From: Eledone cirrhosa
Taxonomy: Eukaryota
Length of the DNA stretch: 64,000 bases
Direction: 5' to 3'
Assembly (NCBI GenBank): GCA_964016885.1
Contig: OZ024743.1
Span: 59,706,001 to 59,770,000, forward strand
Below, in pieces: positions 1-12,820 of the stretch. The translations under genes and the position numbers were made by a program. The stretch's first letter is position 1; every line of letters begins with the position of its first letter. The notes under the pieces were generated by a model that saw nothing but the letters and a program-made list of their open reading frames with translations, was not told the DNA's origin and searched no databases.

Positions 1-39
1 CATTGTTTTGGCTTTATTATACATATACAAACGTTTATA

Positions 40-52
40 TATAATATATATA

Positions 53-136
<84 letters not shown>
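40..136. repeat. (TA)n microsatellite (one of many; others at ~2705, 10410, 11663, 32851, 36679, 41781, 42229, 44545, 45723, 49521, 55069)
   Basis: Dinucleotide runs directly visible in the sequence. Confidence 0.95.
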
Positions 137-138
<2 letters not shown>

Positions 139-1054
139 TATAATCAAAAAGTGAAAAATGCAACATATTGCGGCGAGAGTGGTGTTTGTGTACGTAAGTG
201 TGAGGATATGGTTCTGTATTCTGTATTCATATACATTTGCAATTTCGCTATTTTGGTTAAATAATGTTTTTTGCTGTCATTTGTAAAAAGAAAAAAAAAT
301 AGTGGGATATATCCTCCGTATTCTCGTAAGACGTCAAGCAAGTCATTGCGTCTGAAAATCTCAAAGAATACAGTTTCACTATTTTCTACAATTTTGTCAG
401 AATTCTGTCTGTTTTATTTGTTCGCAATTAATTCCTTAGAGTAATGTCAGAATTTACGATCGTCTTATAGTATAGAAATAATGAAGTGAAAGTCACATTT
501 TCAAAGATGTCAGAACGACGTCGTATATAATTTCCCCTTTTTTTTCAGATTTTAAAGGAGCAATATATGTCATGTATGAAATACTTATGATTTACGCATA
601 CATTCTATGTAACTTTTCTACATTTTAAACCAATATTTATTTATTGTTTAAATTCTTCATACTTCCACGACGTAGGATTCATATCAAGCAAATTTGTTTT
701 ATATTCATTATCTTCTCTAATAGTTCTTTGGATTGGAGGAAAAACTTAAAGCTTAGAAAAAATATTGTATATCCACAGTTCAAATCCAACGTAACGTCAA
801 TGTTTGAGCACAACTTTTCATATGTGTTATTATGCGGCCTCTCTCCTACACATGAATACATACATCCATATCATAGTAGAATTTAATAATAATGATTTCT
901 TTATTTTAATAATAATGCAATGCACTGTGTAAAGAAATGGGAAACTGTCATATAACCACATGCTTCGAAGATACGTAAAGAAGAAGAAAAATAGTAGTAA
1001 ATAAAGAGACGAAAATAGACGTTAAGCTCATTTTCTATATAACTATTAATAATG

Positions 1055-1742
1055 ATTTCATTTATTGGCCAAAAGGGCCGACATATAGGGGACAATACAA
1101 AAGACTGGGACAGTGGGGTTTTACAGAAGAATCGAGTAAACAATATGAATAAACAAAGTAACAATAACAAAGTAACAATAAAGTAACAAGAAAATTACAA
1201 GAAAAAATTCCCCAATAGGGGGAATGACCACCTAGGTTTCGCTCAGGTACCCCCACCAGTCCTGAACGACCCGACGTTTCGAGAGCACCCTGGAAAGTCA
1301 CCCCTCTCCTCTTCAAATTTACCTACCTACAGCCGCATGATCAGAATAGGCCCACTCACACGGGCCATTCTCGCCACATTCACCCACCTTTCAGCAAATG
1401 TACTGGGGGGCAGCACTTCTCTCGCCACACTCACCTTCCTTTCCAAGTGAAACTTGAAAAAGTTGATGAGGGATTGGCCGAAGAGAAAAGTGTCTGTCTT
1501 CAGTCCTTTCAACCTCGTCCACCATACAACCTCTTTCGCTACTGCCACCAGACAGAGGAAAATTGCCTGCCCTTCCTGGCCAAAAGAAGGCGGCGGGTCG
1601 ATCTTCACCGTTTAGGCAGAATATCTGGAGATGCCGCAGCCTCAGCGCGTGCCTGCGCATCATTAGCCACGGCATGCCCAGCCCTCCACGTAGAGGGTGC
1701 TGGCAGCAGATGGACCGCCTCACCATCGGAAACTGACCCCTA
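1055..1742 (-). mobile_element. 5'-truncated, internally deleted Tx1/L1-group LINE 3' fragment with target-site duplication
   Basis: ORF 1327-1608 (KEVVWWTRLKGL...RWVNVARMARVSGP) aligns with the ORF at 47136-47717; upstream segment encodes the post-RT RGGLGMP motif; AATAAA near the 3' end; flanked by tatataacta(t/c)taataatg at 1036-1054 and 1743-1761. Confidence 0.75.
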
Positions 1743-1780
1743 TATATAACTACTAATAATGCTGTTGCTGCTGCTACTGT

Positions 1781-1812
<32 letters not shown>

Positions 1813-2702
1813 TAAGCTCCACCCCCACCATCACCATTTCTACCAAGACCCTATGTCAAAATAATCGACGCCTTCCTTCACCAATATTGCTGGATTTGTG
1901 TCTAAAGTAATTTGTGTAACTACAAGGATATTTAGCTACAATTTTTACTGATTTCATGTCATTCGGATTTTATCAATGAAGAAAATAAAATGATATTTTG
2001 GTATTTATTATCCATCCCAGATATTCGTGTCTCTCATGAAACCATGGAAGCAACAAGAGCTGGAACAAAATAAATTACGTATGTGCTGAAATGAAATATT
2101 CTCTTTCTTAGTTTTTACAATACCTTACAACATTCTTTTCTATGTATCACCAACCATACGCAATACATAACTTAATTTTAGAAAGAATATCATCGTGGAG
2201 ATCTCTAGACAATATGCTATGTCTTCTAATGAAATATGAAAATATTTAGATCCACAGTAATTTTATACGCTTTTATATGTTTTATATTTATTACTTTACA
2301 AACACACTATTAGTTTCATTAAAATCTTTCATAAGAAGTAGTACCATATAGAAAGCTAGACTGTTTGCAATGGTGTGGGTTCAATTTCCAAGTTCTGACC
2401 GTTAAAAAAGTATTGTGAATCATTTTGTTCTGTTTTTGTATTTAAGGACTGGACCAATTAGATAAAACAAAAATGGAAATGATTACTGAAATTTATGCAA
2501 ACCTATTTTAATCTGAGTTTTCGTTCGAATTGCTTAGTCCAAACGACCGACAACAAAACCGAAAAAAGCGCCAAGTCGCAGCTAAGATCACCATCGCAGC
2601 AACCACCGAAACACAGCAGCTTAGACATCTTGTTTAAATATCGACATGAATTAGTCATTGGAGAATTTGTAATACAACACACATACAAAGAAAAACTATC
2701 AC

Positions 2703-2774
<72 letters not shown>

Positions 2775-3401
2775 GAAAGGATTTTCGTGCACAACCTTTT
2801 AGACATAAACATGTTCACAACAAATCAGAGCATATTTCACAACCTCTCTGTCTTTCACTCGCTTGAACCACCGAGCTTCTTCCCCTTAGCTCATCAGTGA
2901 CAACCGACCACTACCACTCCAAATGAGCCAGCGAATCTGATTAATGATGAAGCTTCGTTATTTAAAATGGTCTGGCTCAAGAGGCTTCGGAATTACCCTT
3001 TGAAAATCCCGAATTCATAATAGCAGTTGACACTATACCCACTTCAATTGAGAGGGTGTTGGACTCCAATTGTCCCAGTGACTGGGAATGCCTGCTATGA
3101 TTCACTCAGCTCATAGGGAGAGAGAAAAATAGAGAGGGGGAAGTGAGACCCACACAGAGACAAATATATATATATATATATATACGGGAGATTTTGATTT
3201 CCTGTATATGTCTATGTTTGTGTTCTGTTGTATTTCTGAGCTGATTCAACAATTCTGCAGGCTAAAATGTGTAAAATGTAAGGTGCACATAAACTTTAGT
3301 CAGCAATACAATCTATTTTAAACATCATATAATATTTATTCGAATTACTGATAGGTTTAAATTTCGCAGTGTTTTTCTCATTTATATATTATTATTAATA
3401 T

Positions 3402-3596
3402 GGCGGTGGATTGGCAGTATTCGTAGAGGGTCGGACGCCATGCTTTGACACACAGAGTTACGGCCAGTCTGAGTTCAAACCCCGCCGAGGTTAACTTTGC
3501 CTTTCATCCTTACGGGGTCGATAAAATAAAGTACCAGTAATACACTGGTTATTTGCTGGCCTTGTGACTAACGTAGAAACAATTATTATTATTATT
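3402..3596 (+). mobile_element. tRNA-derived SINE with MetaSINE-like core and (ATT)n tail
   Basis: A-box-like TGGCAGTATTCG, B-box-like GAGTTCAAAC, core GCCTTTCATCCTTACGGGGTCGATAAAATAAAGTACCAG, tail GCTGGCCTTGTG...AGAAACAATTATT; more than ten copies in the window. Confidence 0.85.
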
Positions 3597-4358
3597 CAGC
3601 ATGTCAGTGAATGAAAATGGTATAATTAATTCGCTACCCAGCACAATTTGTTTCTTTAATATTCTCTTTTCTTTTTATATTTAACAAATATTTCAATCAA
3701 TTTTATAATATTTTATTAGTTCCGTTTCTCAAAATTCCAAGTTTATCTTTAATTCCCACTCAGGTAGGGAAATAAAATGTGAGGACATGTTCCAGACAAA
3801 TATGATGCTTTTTTTTGCAACAAGTGCATGTATTTACAATTTAGAACAAATTTGAGAAATATTTTCAAAATATTTCAATAAAACCAACTTGTTGAGTAGG
3901 CAAGTAATTCGACTGCGTAATAACATTCTTTTATTCTTCAAATAAAAATAAATCTGATAAAATATTGATTTAGCGAAAGCAAACTAAGATGTCACTTGTT
4001 TATAATATGCCACAGATTTAGCAGAACAAATTTGTTTATTAGCATTTTTGTTAAATAAACAACTTGCTTGTGAATAAGTGAAAACATATTGAAACATTTG
4101 CGTATTAGAATTATAAATACTACAATATTTACAACGTTTATTTCGTGTTATGTTTTCTCTGAGCTTTTGATTCTGTAATTGTAAACATGCTGCCCAACCC
4201 CTCATATTCAATTTCATATGTCTTCAACTAAAATGCTGTGTGTGGCTAAACAGTTAAATCAGGTAAACATTCAGCCTAGATAGAATATTTGAAGAAATAC
4301 ATATGAATGAACAAACAAGCTCTCTTAGCACTCCCATACATCAATATCTATCTATCTA

Positions 4359-4412
<54 letters not shown>

Positions 4413-6842
4413 TTATTGCGTATGAAAATGAATTAAAATAAAGAAATATGTTTGTTTTATGATGCTGAGAATTAAACAATGTATTTAGGTAATTTTAATA
4501 TTAAACACTTTTTCGTTAATTCACAAGTTGCATGTCGATGAAATATATTATACTTCTAATTAAACTACTAATAGTTTAGAATTAAAACAAATTTCGTTGA
4601 ATGTATGAATATTGTGAAATCCGAGATAGTTCTTCAGAAATACATTTTATGATTATTAATCAACTACCTTTGATTTCAGCGAAATGTGTTCTAGTTCATC
4701 AATCATGGCAATAGAGATCTCACTCTAGACATGTATTTTTAAAGAAACTTTAAGGGTGATCCAGCTTGCTACTGTGGGATAAGGCTCGCCATTTTAGTTA
4801 CAAGTAGTGTTCATTCGACTATCCATTTTCAGTCACAAGTTATGGGTTGAACCTAGTTTATGCTAAATGTTATGCTAAATTTCTCTAAGATACCAGGGAT
4901 ACTTGCCAAGTGAATATCTTAACAAATCTACCAGGCTGCATCCACTTCATTACTATAAGTACAGCATAGTGCACCTTCAAATATTTACCAATAATTATAT
5001 ATATAGACAGCTGTATTTATCTTCTCTGAATATATAACATAATGGAGCGCAATAGAGAAATTAGACTGACTAGTTTCAATTCTGATTTAAGATTTTATGA
5101 CACCTAAGTAGTATCTTCCTTAACTACTCATGGTGATACTGCTTTTAAACTCATTATTACTAAATAGTTAAATCCATTTTACATACCAGCGGATACTTAA
5201 AACATTCCTCTAAGCTATTTCGATAAACAAAATTACTGGTGCGTTAACAGTTGTCTACGTATGTGGACACGTAAACAGTTGCTTAAAATACTATAACAAC
5301 TTTAGTAGTTTTAAAATATACCATTGTTAAAGCATCAGTTAATAATCGATATATATTAAGTCATACGAAGAATAGTTTTCAGCTTTCTTAAAGTTCGAAT
5401 AACCAAAATATTGCAACCACATTACGCCTATTATTATATAGTAAAAGATGCTTTCATGGTTTGATTACACTTGTCTATTGAGATGAAATCGATTACTAGG
5501 TCAAATCTTCTTTTATTCCTTAACATATTTCAGTGGTTTCACCAAAGTTTTGTAACACCAGCTTCAGAGATTTTAGTAGATCATACTGAACCCAGTATTT
5601 ATCTTAATTTCCTACTAGAGTCAGCAGGCCTTGACCGCGTAGGCGGAAAGCGTCCGATGGAATCACCCTCTTCCCATTCGTAGGAGGTAGATACCAAATC
5701 TGGAACGCCCCATGCTGTGACACCTTCTCCTCTTCCAAATTAGTTGCTTCGGCCACAAACCCCAGAGGAAAAGAAGATAAACAAATACCCCGAATTGTCT
5801 GGCTGCTTCCTCTTCGCAACGATCACGAGCGCGATCTAAAGCCTCTTGGGACCCTGTACTGTCGTGCTACTCCTCAAGATTGGAACGTCGGTGGCCCGTC
5901 TGAGGAAGGATCCCCACGAGGTTGGGTGCCTGTTGCAGTGGGTGTCGCTGTCCATTATCCACGAGAATGGTTTTGCGGCCTTGCCACATTACCAACGCGC
6001 CCTAGGCCCAGTGCTCAATCAACCTCCCACTCACTCTATCCCTCCACCTCCCCATTCTTCCGTGACACTAGAGTCCTTACCATTCCCTCCTTTTACCGTG
6101 TATGTTTTCCTTTATATCTTCTCATTTTACATAACATTCTTTCTCCTCAATCAAATTTTTTTTTCTTTTTCTTTAACACTGTATCTGCATGATATATTCC
6201 GAAAATAATGAAAATGTTATCTATTGACATATAAATAAAATAGCTTTGTGGCAAAACACCGTTCTGTCAAAAAGTGTTTTGTGGTGTACCCCGCATATAC
6301 ATACATTCCCACGCACACTCCCATGCGCATATACATATATATATATATCAACTAGAAATTTATTGACATATAAATATATCTAAAATAAACATATGAAACA
6401 ATCACAGGGGATAATTTGTAAAAGTGTGTAAGCACACATAGCTATGTAGGTAACTAAATAAAGTTTAACTAGAACTTCAAAAATAGATACCTTATAAATT
6501 GATTAATCTTCCTTGTATATATTCCATTAAAGAAATATATTTCACCAATTAATCGATTGGTAAACCACAGTAGGCAGATCCTGGATTTTCAACAAGGAAG
6601 AGGACTAACCATTTGTGTTTACGCATATATATATATGGAAGGTGTATATCATATATATACAGAGTGTTTAAATGTGTTAAATGAGACTACTCCAACGTGT
6701 ATAAATATATACATATATCTAATATGTAGGCATGTAAACACGACAGAAAATACAAATCTCCTTGTAAATTGAAAAAATTATAAATATTTTGTTGATGAAC
6801 ATTTATACTCATTCGCTCTTAGTATCTATCTGAAATGGAAGT

Positions 6843-7030
6843 AATAATTGTTTCTACTTTTGGCACAAGGCCAGCAATTACCCAGTGCATTACTGGTACT
6901 TTATTTCATCGACCCCGTGAGGATGAAAGGCAAAGTTAACCTCGACGGGATTTAAACTCAGAATAGCAAGGACTGTAATTCTATGCGTCAATGCATAGCG
7001 TCCGACCCTCTACCGATACTGCCAATCCAA
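6843..7030 (-). mobile_element. tRNA-derived SINE (same family as 3402-3596)
   Basis: Reverse-complement match over the full length including core and tail. Confidence 0.85.
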
Positions 7031-7380
7031 TTGTTGTACGTGATAGCCAATGATAACCAAAATGGTTATCATTTTAAACATTTACAATGAGATTCATATT
7101 TTCTGGTATGTTTACATGTCAACATATCAGATGCATGTTTATATTTGTATATGAGTGTGCAGTATCGGTTACACACTCTGTATTTATATAGATTATAACT
7201 TTATCGCATACTTCGGCTTCTCGGTCACTTCTCAATATCACTGCTCAATCATGTATAATAGAAGATATCTTATATTATATCTTTTGAAATCATTATGGAA
7301 TTCGGTTATGTTCATACACAGAGCAATAGCGTGTCCCATGTATGAACATAAATAATTCATATATATATATAATATATATA

Positions 7381-9886
7381 CTCTTTTACTCTTTTACCTG
7401 TTTCAGCCATCCGGCTGAGGCCATGCTGGGGCACCGCCCTTGTTGCTACACATTTTATCTCCAGCCTGTATAGGTTGGCCACTGGTGTAAGAGGGAGTTT
7501 GTTGCTGCTGCCCTTAGGTTTTCCTCGTGTCTTGCTGTGGGCTCCTCCGGGATCCTGGATAACAAGGTGTCGAGATGTTTCTTAAAGACATCCACCTCCA
7601 CGTCATGCAAGTATCTCAGATGCCTCGGCAGCCTGTTGAAGAGTTGAGTGCCCTTGAATCCCAGGCTATTGCAATACCTGCTCCTTATTCTAGATGTGGA
7701 AGACGGGACCTTTGGCACCACACAGTGACGTCCTGTTCGACGGTTGGTCCAGCTCCCAATGCCAAAGTTTGGTGCTAGTCCCTCCAGGATTTTCCACATG
7801 TAGATCACTGCGTATCTCTCCCGTCTTCGCTCCAAGGAGTAGAGGTTCAGTTCCTTCAGCCTCTCCCAGTAGCTTGTCTCCCTCATCTTGGCAATCCTCT
7901 TGATGTAGCTTCGCTGGATTGCTTCAAGCTCCGTGGTTAGTTTGACACTATGGAGTGACCACAACTGGGAGCAGTAGTCTCGGCGGCTTAGGACAAAAGT
8001 CCTCCACAGTGTCAACATGGTGTCTCGATCTCTTGTCCGGAAAGTCCTCAAGATCCAGCCAGCGAGTCGTCTGCACGTTATCGCCACTTTCATGATGTGT
8101 GAAGAGAAAGATGCATCATCGCTCATGTCTATGCCCAGGTCTCGTATCGATTTTGACACGGGGATATCGGTCCCTCCTGGTCCTGTGTAGCTGTGTTCCA
8201 CTATATTTGTGTTTGCAGGTTTGTATTGTAGGGCTTGGAATTTGCCAGCATTAAACTGCATGTTGTTTTCTTCCGCCTATCTGTATATGGCATCCAGATC
8301 CTGCTGTAAAAGGGCAGCGTCAGCCGGGTTTTTGATTGCCTGTGTTATCTTAGTATCATCAGCATAGCTAGTGAGGGATGTTGTTGCATGCACCACAGAG
8401 GGCATGTCCGAGAGAGCCACCAAAAACAGTAGTGGTCCCAGGACTGTCCCCTGGGGCACCCCACTTGTTATAGGTGTTTCCCTCAAGAGGGCCCCATTTG
8501 CTGCGACTGCCTGGCTTCTGTCCCTTAGGAAGCCATGCAGCCACTCACCTACTTTTCCAGTTATGCCGAGTCCGTGTAGTTTGTGACATATCATTCCGTG
8601 GTCTACCTTGTCAAAGGCCTTCGCAAAGTCAAGATATATCACGTCCACATGTGAGCTGTCTAGTAGTTGTCTCAGTACCCAGTTGTAGTGATGTAGCAGC
8701 TGTGTAAGGCAGCTTCTTCTTGGGCGGAAGCCATGATGCGTGCTAGTCAGGCGGTCATTTTCTTCGAGGAAAGTGATTAGTTTCTTTCTGACGACCCGCT
8801 CCATGACCTTACTGATATGCGACGTCAGGGAGACTGGCCTATAGTTATTGGCCTCCGCTCTACTGCCTCCTTTATGGATAGGGAATATTGTGCCTTCTTT
8901 CAGCGCCCTGGGTAGTACACCTCTAGCCAAGGAGCTTCTGAAGAGCATCTTCAGTGGAGTTGCTAAGGCGCGCTAACATATTTTTAAGAGAACTGCTGGG
9001 AATCCATCAGGTCCAGCAGCCGAGTCTGTTCTAATTTCATCAATGACGTACACCACATCCCCCTCCGTTATGTCTATGTGGTTGATGGTTGCCATTTCTT
9101 GATGTAGTGTTGTGGCATCAAAGAACGCCTCTTGCTTCGTTATTTGCATGTGCCTCAGTGGACATGTGAAGACACTTTTGTACTGTTCGTTCAGTATTTG
9201 ACATATCTCTTGGGGGTTTTCGGTTAATGAACCGTCCGTGTGGAAGAGTGGCCCAATCTTGCAGTGTACTGAGGCAGTTACTTTTACAGATTTAAAGAAA
9301 GCCTTAGGGTTTGTTTTAATGTTTTCTATGGCCCTGTTCTCTTTCTTTCCCCTCTCATTCTCATGTGAAAGTTTGAGTGCAATCTCGGTGTCAAGTAGTG
9401 CACGTTTCAAATAGGATTCCTTCTTGTTTTTGTTTTGTTGACTATTCAACTGTTTTGAGAGATTAGTTCTACGTCTCATAAGGATTTTCCTATCTCTGGG
9501 AATAAGATTTTTGTGTCTGTTTGCCTCTTTCTCCGGGACAAACTTTTTGCACACAGTGTGTATCATTGTCATGAAGTGTTGAAATTGTGTGTTAGTGTCT
9601 TGTGTGGCGGTGTTTTCACTCCATGTTTGCTTCCGGATTTCACTCTTAATATTTTTCCAGTTAGCCTTGTAGAAGTTAAGGCTGGATAGCGTCCCGGAGC
9701 TTCTTGGAGGCCCTGTCTCTGTTGGTTCTCTTGGACCACATATCATTAGCTCTACTAAGTTATGATCCGAGAGAATTGTTGGTGTCACCCTCACATTGTG
9801 GATGAGCACTTCGTTGTTTGTAAAACAGAGGTCCAGGACATGTTCGCCTCTTGTTGGGAGGAGTATTGCTTGCTCCATGAACAGCC
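7381..9886 (-). mobile_element. CR1/L2-group LINE, 5'-truncated inside the APE endonuclease
   Basis: APE C-terminus (TRGEHVLDLCFTN...SDHNLV), RT motifs NYRPVSLTS, YLDFAKAFDKV, GVPQGTVLGPLLF, YADDTKI, C-terminal LERRRERY; 3' tail (GTAAAAGA)2; inserted among (TA)n. Confidence 0.9.
7455..9886 (-). pseudogene. LINE ORF2 (APE fragment + reverse transcriptase) broken by two in-frame TAG stops
   Basis: ORFs 8973-9929, 8277-8948 and 7455-8261 are in the same frame, separated only by stops at 8973-8975 and 8277-8279. Confidence 0.88.
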
Positions 9887-9940
9887 TGTGTGTATATATA
9901 TATATATATAAATATACACACGCACACACCTATATATATA

Positions 9941-9973
<33 letters not shown>

Positions 9974-10059
9974 GTAATAATAATAAATTTGAAGACTAAA
10001 ATCCAAAGAGGGCTCGATATGGATAAATATATATCAAATACATAAGGACCGTAGAGCAA

Positions 10060-10550
<491 letters not shown>

Positions 10551-11659
10551 GTGTGTGTGTGCGGCTGTGTGTATGTGTGTGTGTATGTATATGCACATTG
10601 TCCAGTTTTTAGCTAGCACATACTTCACGTATAAGCTATAGTAGAAGACATTTGTCTAATAAACCTTTCCTTTACACAAAACAGAGAAACATAATTTCAA
10701 AATGCATTTGTTCGCCACACATCCATGCAACTAAGATGCTTACTTAATAAAGGTTATTACCGAATTAGTGTCAATTTGTTGTTTCCTGCACCAGTCATGG
10801 ATCCCTGTGAAACTTTTAGCTATTTATTTCTGTGTCACACATACCTATTTCTTTATATTATATACAACGTATCAATTTATTGGAATTTCTACTTACGTTG
10901 GATATGTTTGACAATCTAGCCATTGATAGCTCTGGATATCAGAATAGTTCCTAATATAGTATATTGGCTGATCTCTTTGGTGCTTGAAATTCGATATTGG
11001 TTTTTCCTTGCATTTATGAAACCTCTAAGCGGCTCAATTATATTTGATAACAAAAGAAATATGTAATGATATTTTACTTCATCAAGTGAGTCCATTCCTC
11101 TCGTATTTGATTTTAAAACAGAAATGTACATATTGTTGCAAATTTCACTGTTAATAAGTACATTTTCAACAGGTCTACATCTAAAATGCTGCGAGTGTAT
11201 GCCTCTTATTGGGAGGTTTTACTTAACTAATGCATATTATATTTTATAGCATTATCTATTTACTATACAAATACTGGAACGCTAATTTTACAACAATGAC
11301 AACATGTCATATTTCAAACTAACCCTTCGGATTAACCGTTATTAGCATTTACACAATAAGTATACAAGTATATCAGATTTTAACAAATAAAATATTTTTA
11401 CTTTATTTCGTCAAAGAATTGGTCTTCCAAATGTTATGTTTACACATTTCAGAAATGAAAAAGAGAAACATTGTCGTCTCAATACTAAACTGAAATAAAT
11501 AATATTTGCAGTTTTATAAAAAAAAAAAAAAAAAAACGTGCTTCGTATTCAGAAAATATGATATATACAAAAAGTATTATTGACATATGTGTCAACTACA
11601 CGATATCACTATGAAGTAATGATTTATGGCTTCAAATGATTAATGGACAGATGTGGACA

Positions 11660-11737
<78 letters not shown>

Positions 11738-12263
11738 CAAACCGAGATGCGTACATTCAAATATATGGACATAAAAATATATAAATGTAGAAAATAATGA
11801 TGACACAAAAGCGAAGATATCATTCCGATTCCTTATGAATGCTATTAATTTATAACTGCCAGTCGCAGAAGCAGTAACTGTATTACATTTTGCTAACGTC
11901 TTATTGGCCATAAACTTTAGATCCAGTATTTATCCTACTGGGCAGAAATAGCTAAATGTGCCAATTATTAACAATAGATTCCTTCTAGCTTTTAATACAT
12001 TCAAGGACAGCAATATTTTTTTTATTTCAAGATTCTGTCAAAGATAAACAATTCTCAAATCCTTCGTTCTTGTAATTAATTTGAATTTACACACAAACAC
12101 ACACAGACAGACAGGCACACTTATATACACACACACATACGCACCCACGCAGGTGTACTTCTATAAATACACTTATGCATGGGCTCGTACTCACACATTC
12201 ACACATAATTGATACTTCGCATATATATATGTGTGTGTGTGTATGTGTGTGTAGGTTTGTGTA

Positions 12264-12306
<43 letters not shown>

Positions 12307-12820
12307 ATCTAATGGGTTTCAATTGTTCTTAAATACTGAAGGTGTCCTTTGAATTAGGATTTTAATCAATGATTACTTATACATCAGTTTTGTGACAAAG
12401 ATAGACAATTGCATAATGTTTCCTAATCAGATCACCCAATAATCGATGATTAGCCGTAATGATATTAAAATAATACCATCCAAGATCTCGAAGCATAGTA
12501 GAATTCGATATCAGTTTTGTGTGTGCTTGAATCTTTCATCATCTATACTGTGATGCACTTTAGAAATCCTTTTAATAAAATTAATGTCTTTCAAGCTGCC
12601 ATTACCTATAAATAGTAGGATATCGCTAGATCTTAGCGGATTGAATATTGGACTGAAGCAGCGTTGGTGCAGTAATGCTAATAGTCAATCTGTTGGTTAA
12701 AAGGCCGAAATCCTATAGATTCCGCTAGCTGAAAATTGTCTGCTTCACGAGTAGATTGTTATAATCGACCTAAGTAGATAACAGTCAAAATCGAGTCTTC
12801 ATATAAAAGATTCTCAAACC

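Noticed and set aside
2495-2866. ORFs with IYIYIY, HTHTHT, VCVCVC, SLSLSL or poly-S/L/I runs (here and throughout the window)
   Set aside because: Translations of microsatellites, not genes.
2850-2980. Minus-strand CTGATGA...GAAA and a plus-strand gagccag/ctggctc stem
   Set aside because: Could not build stems I-III with correct core spacing.
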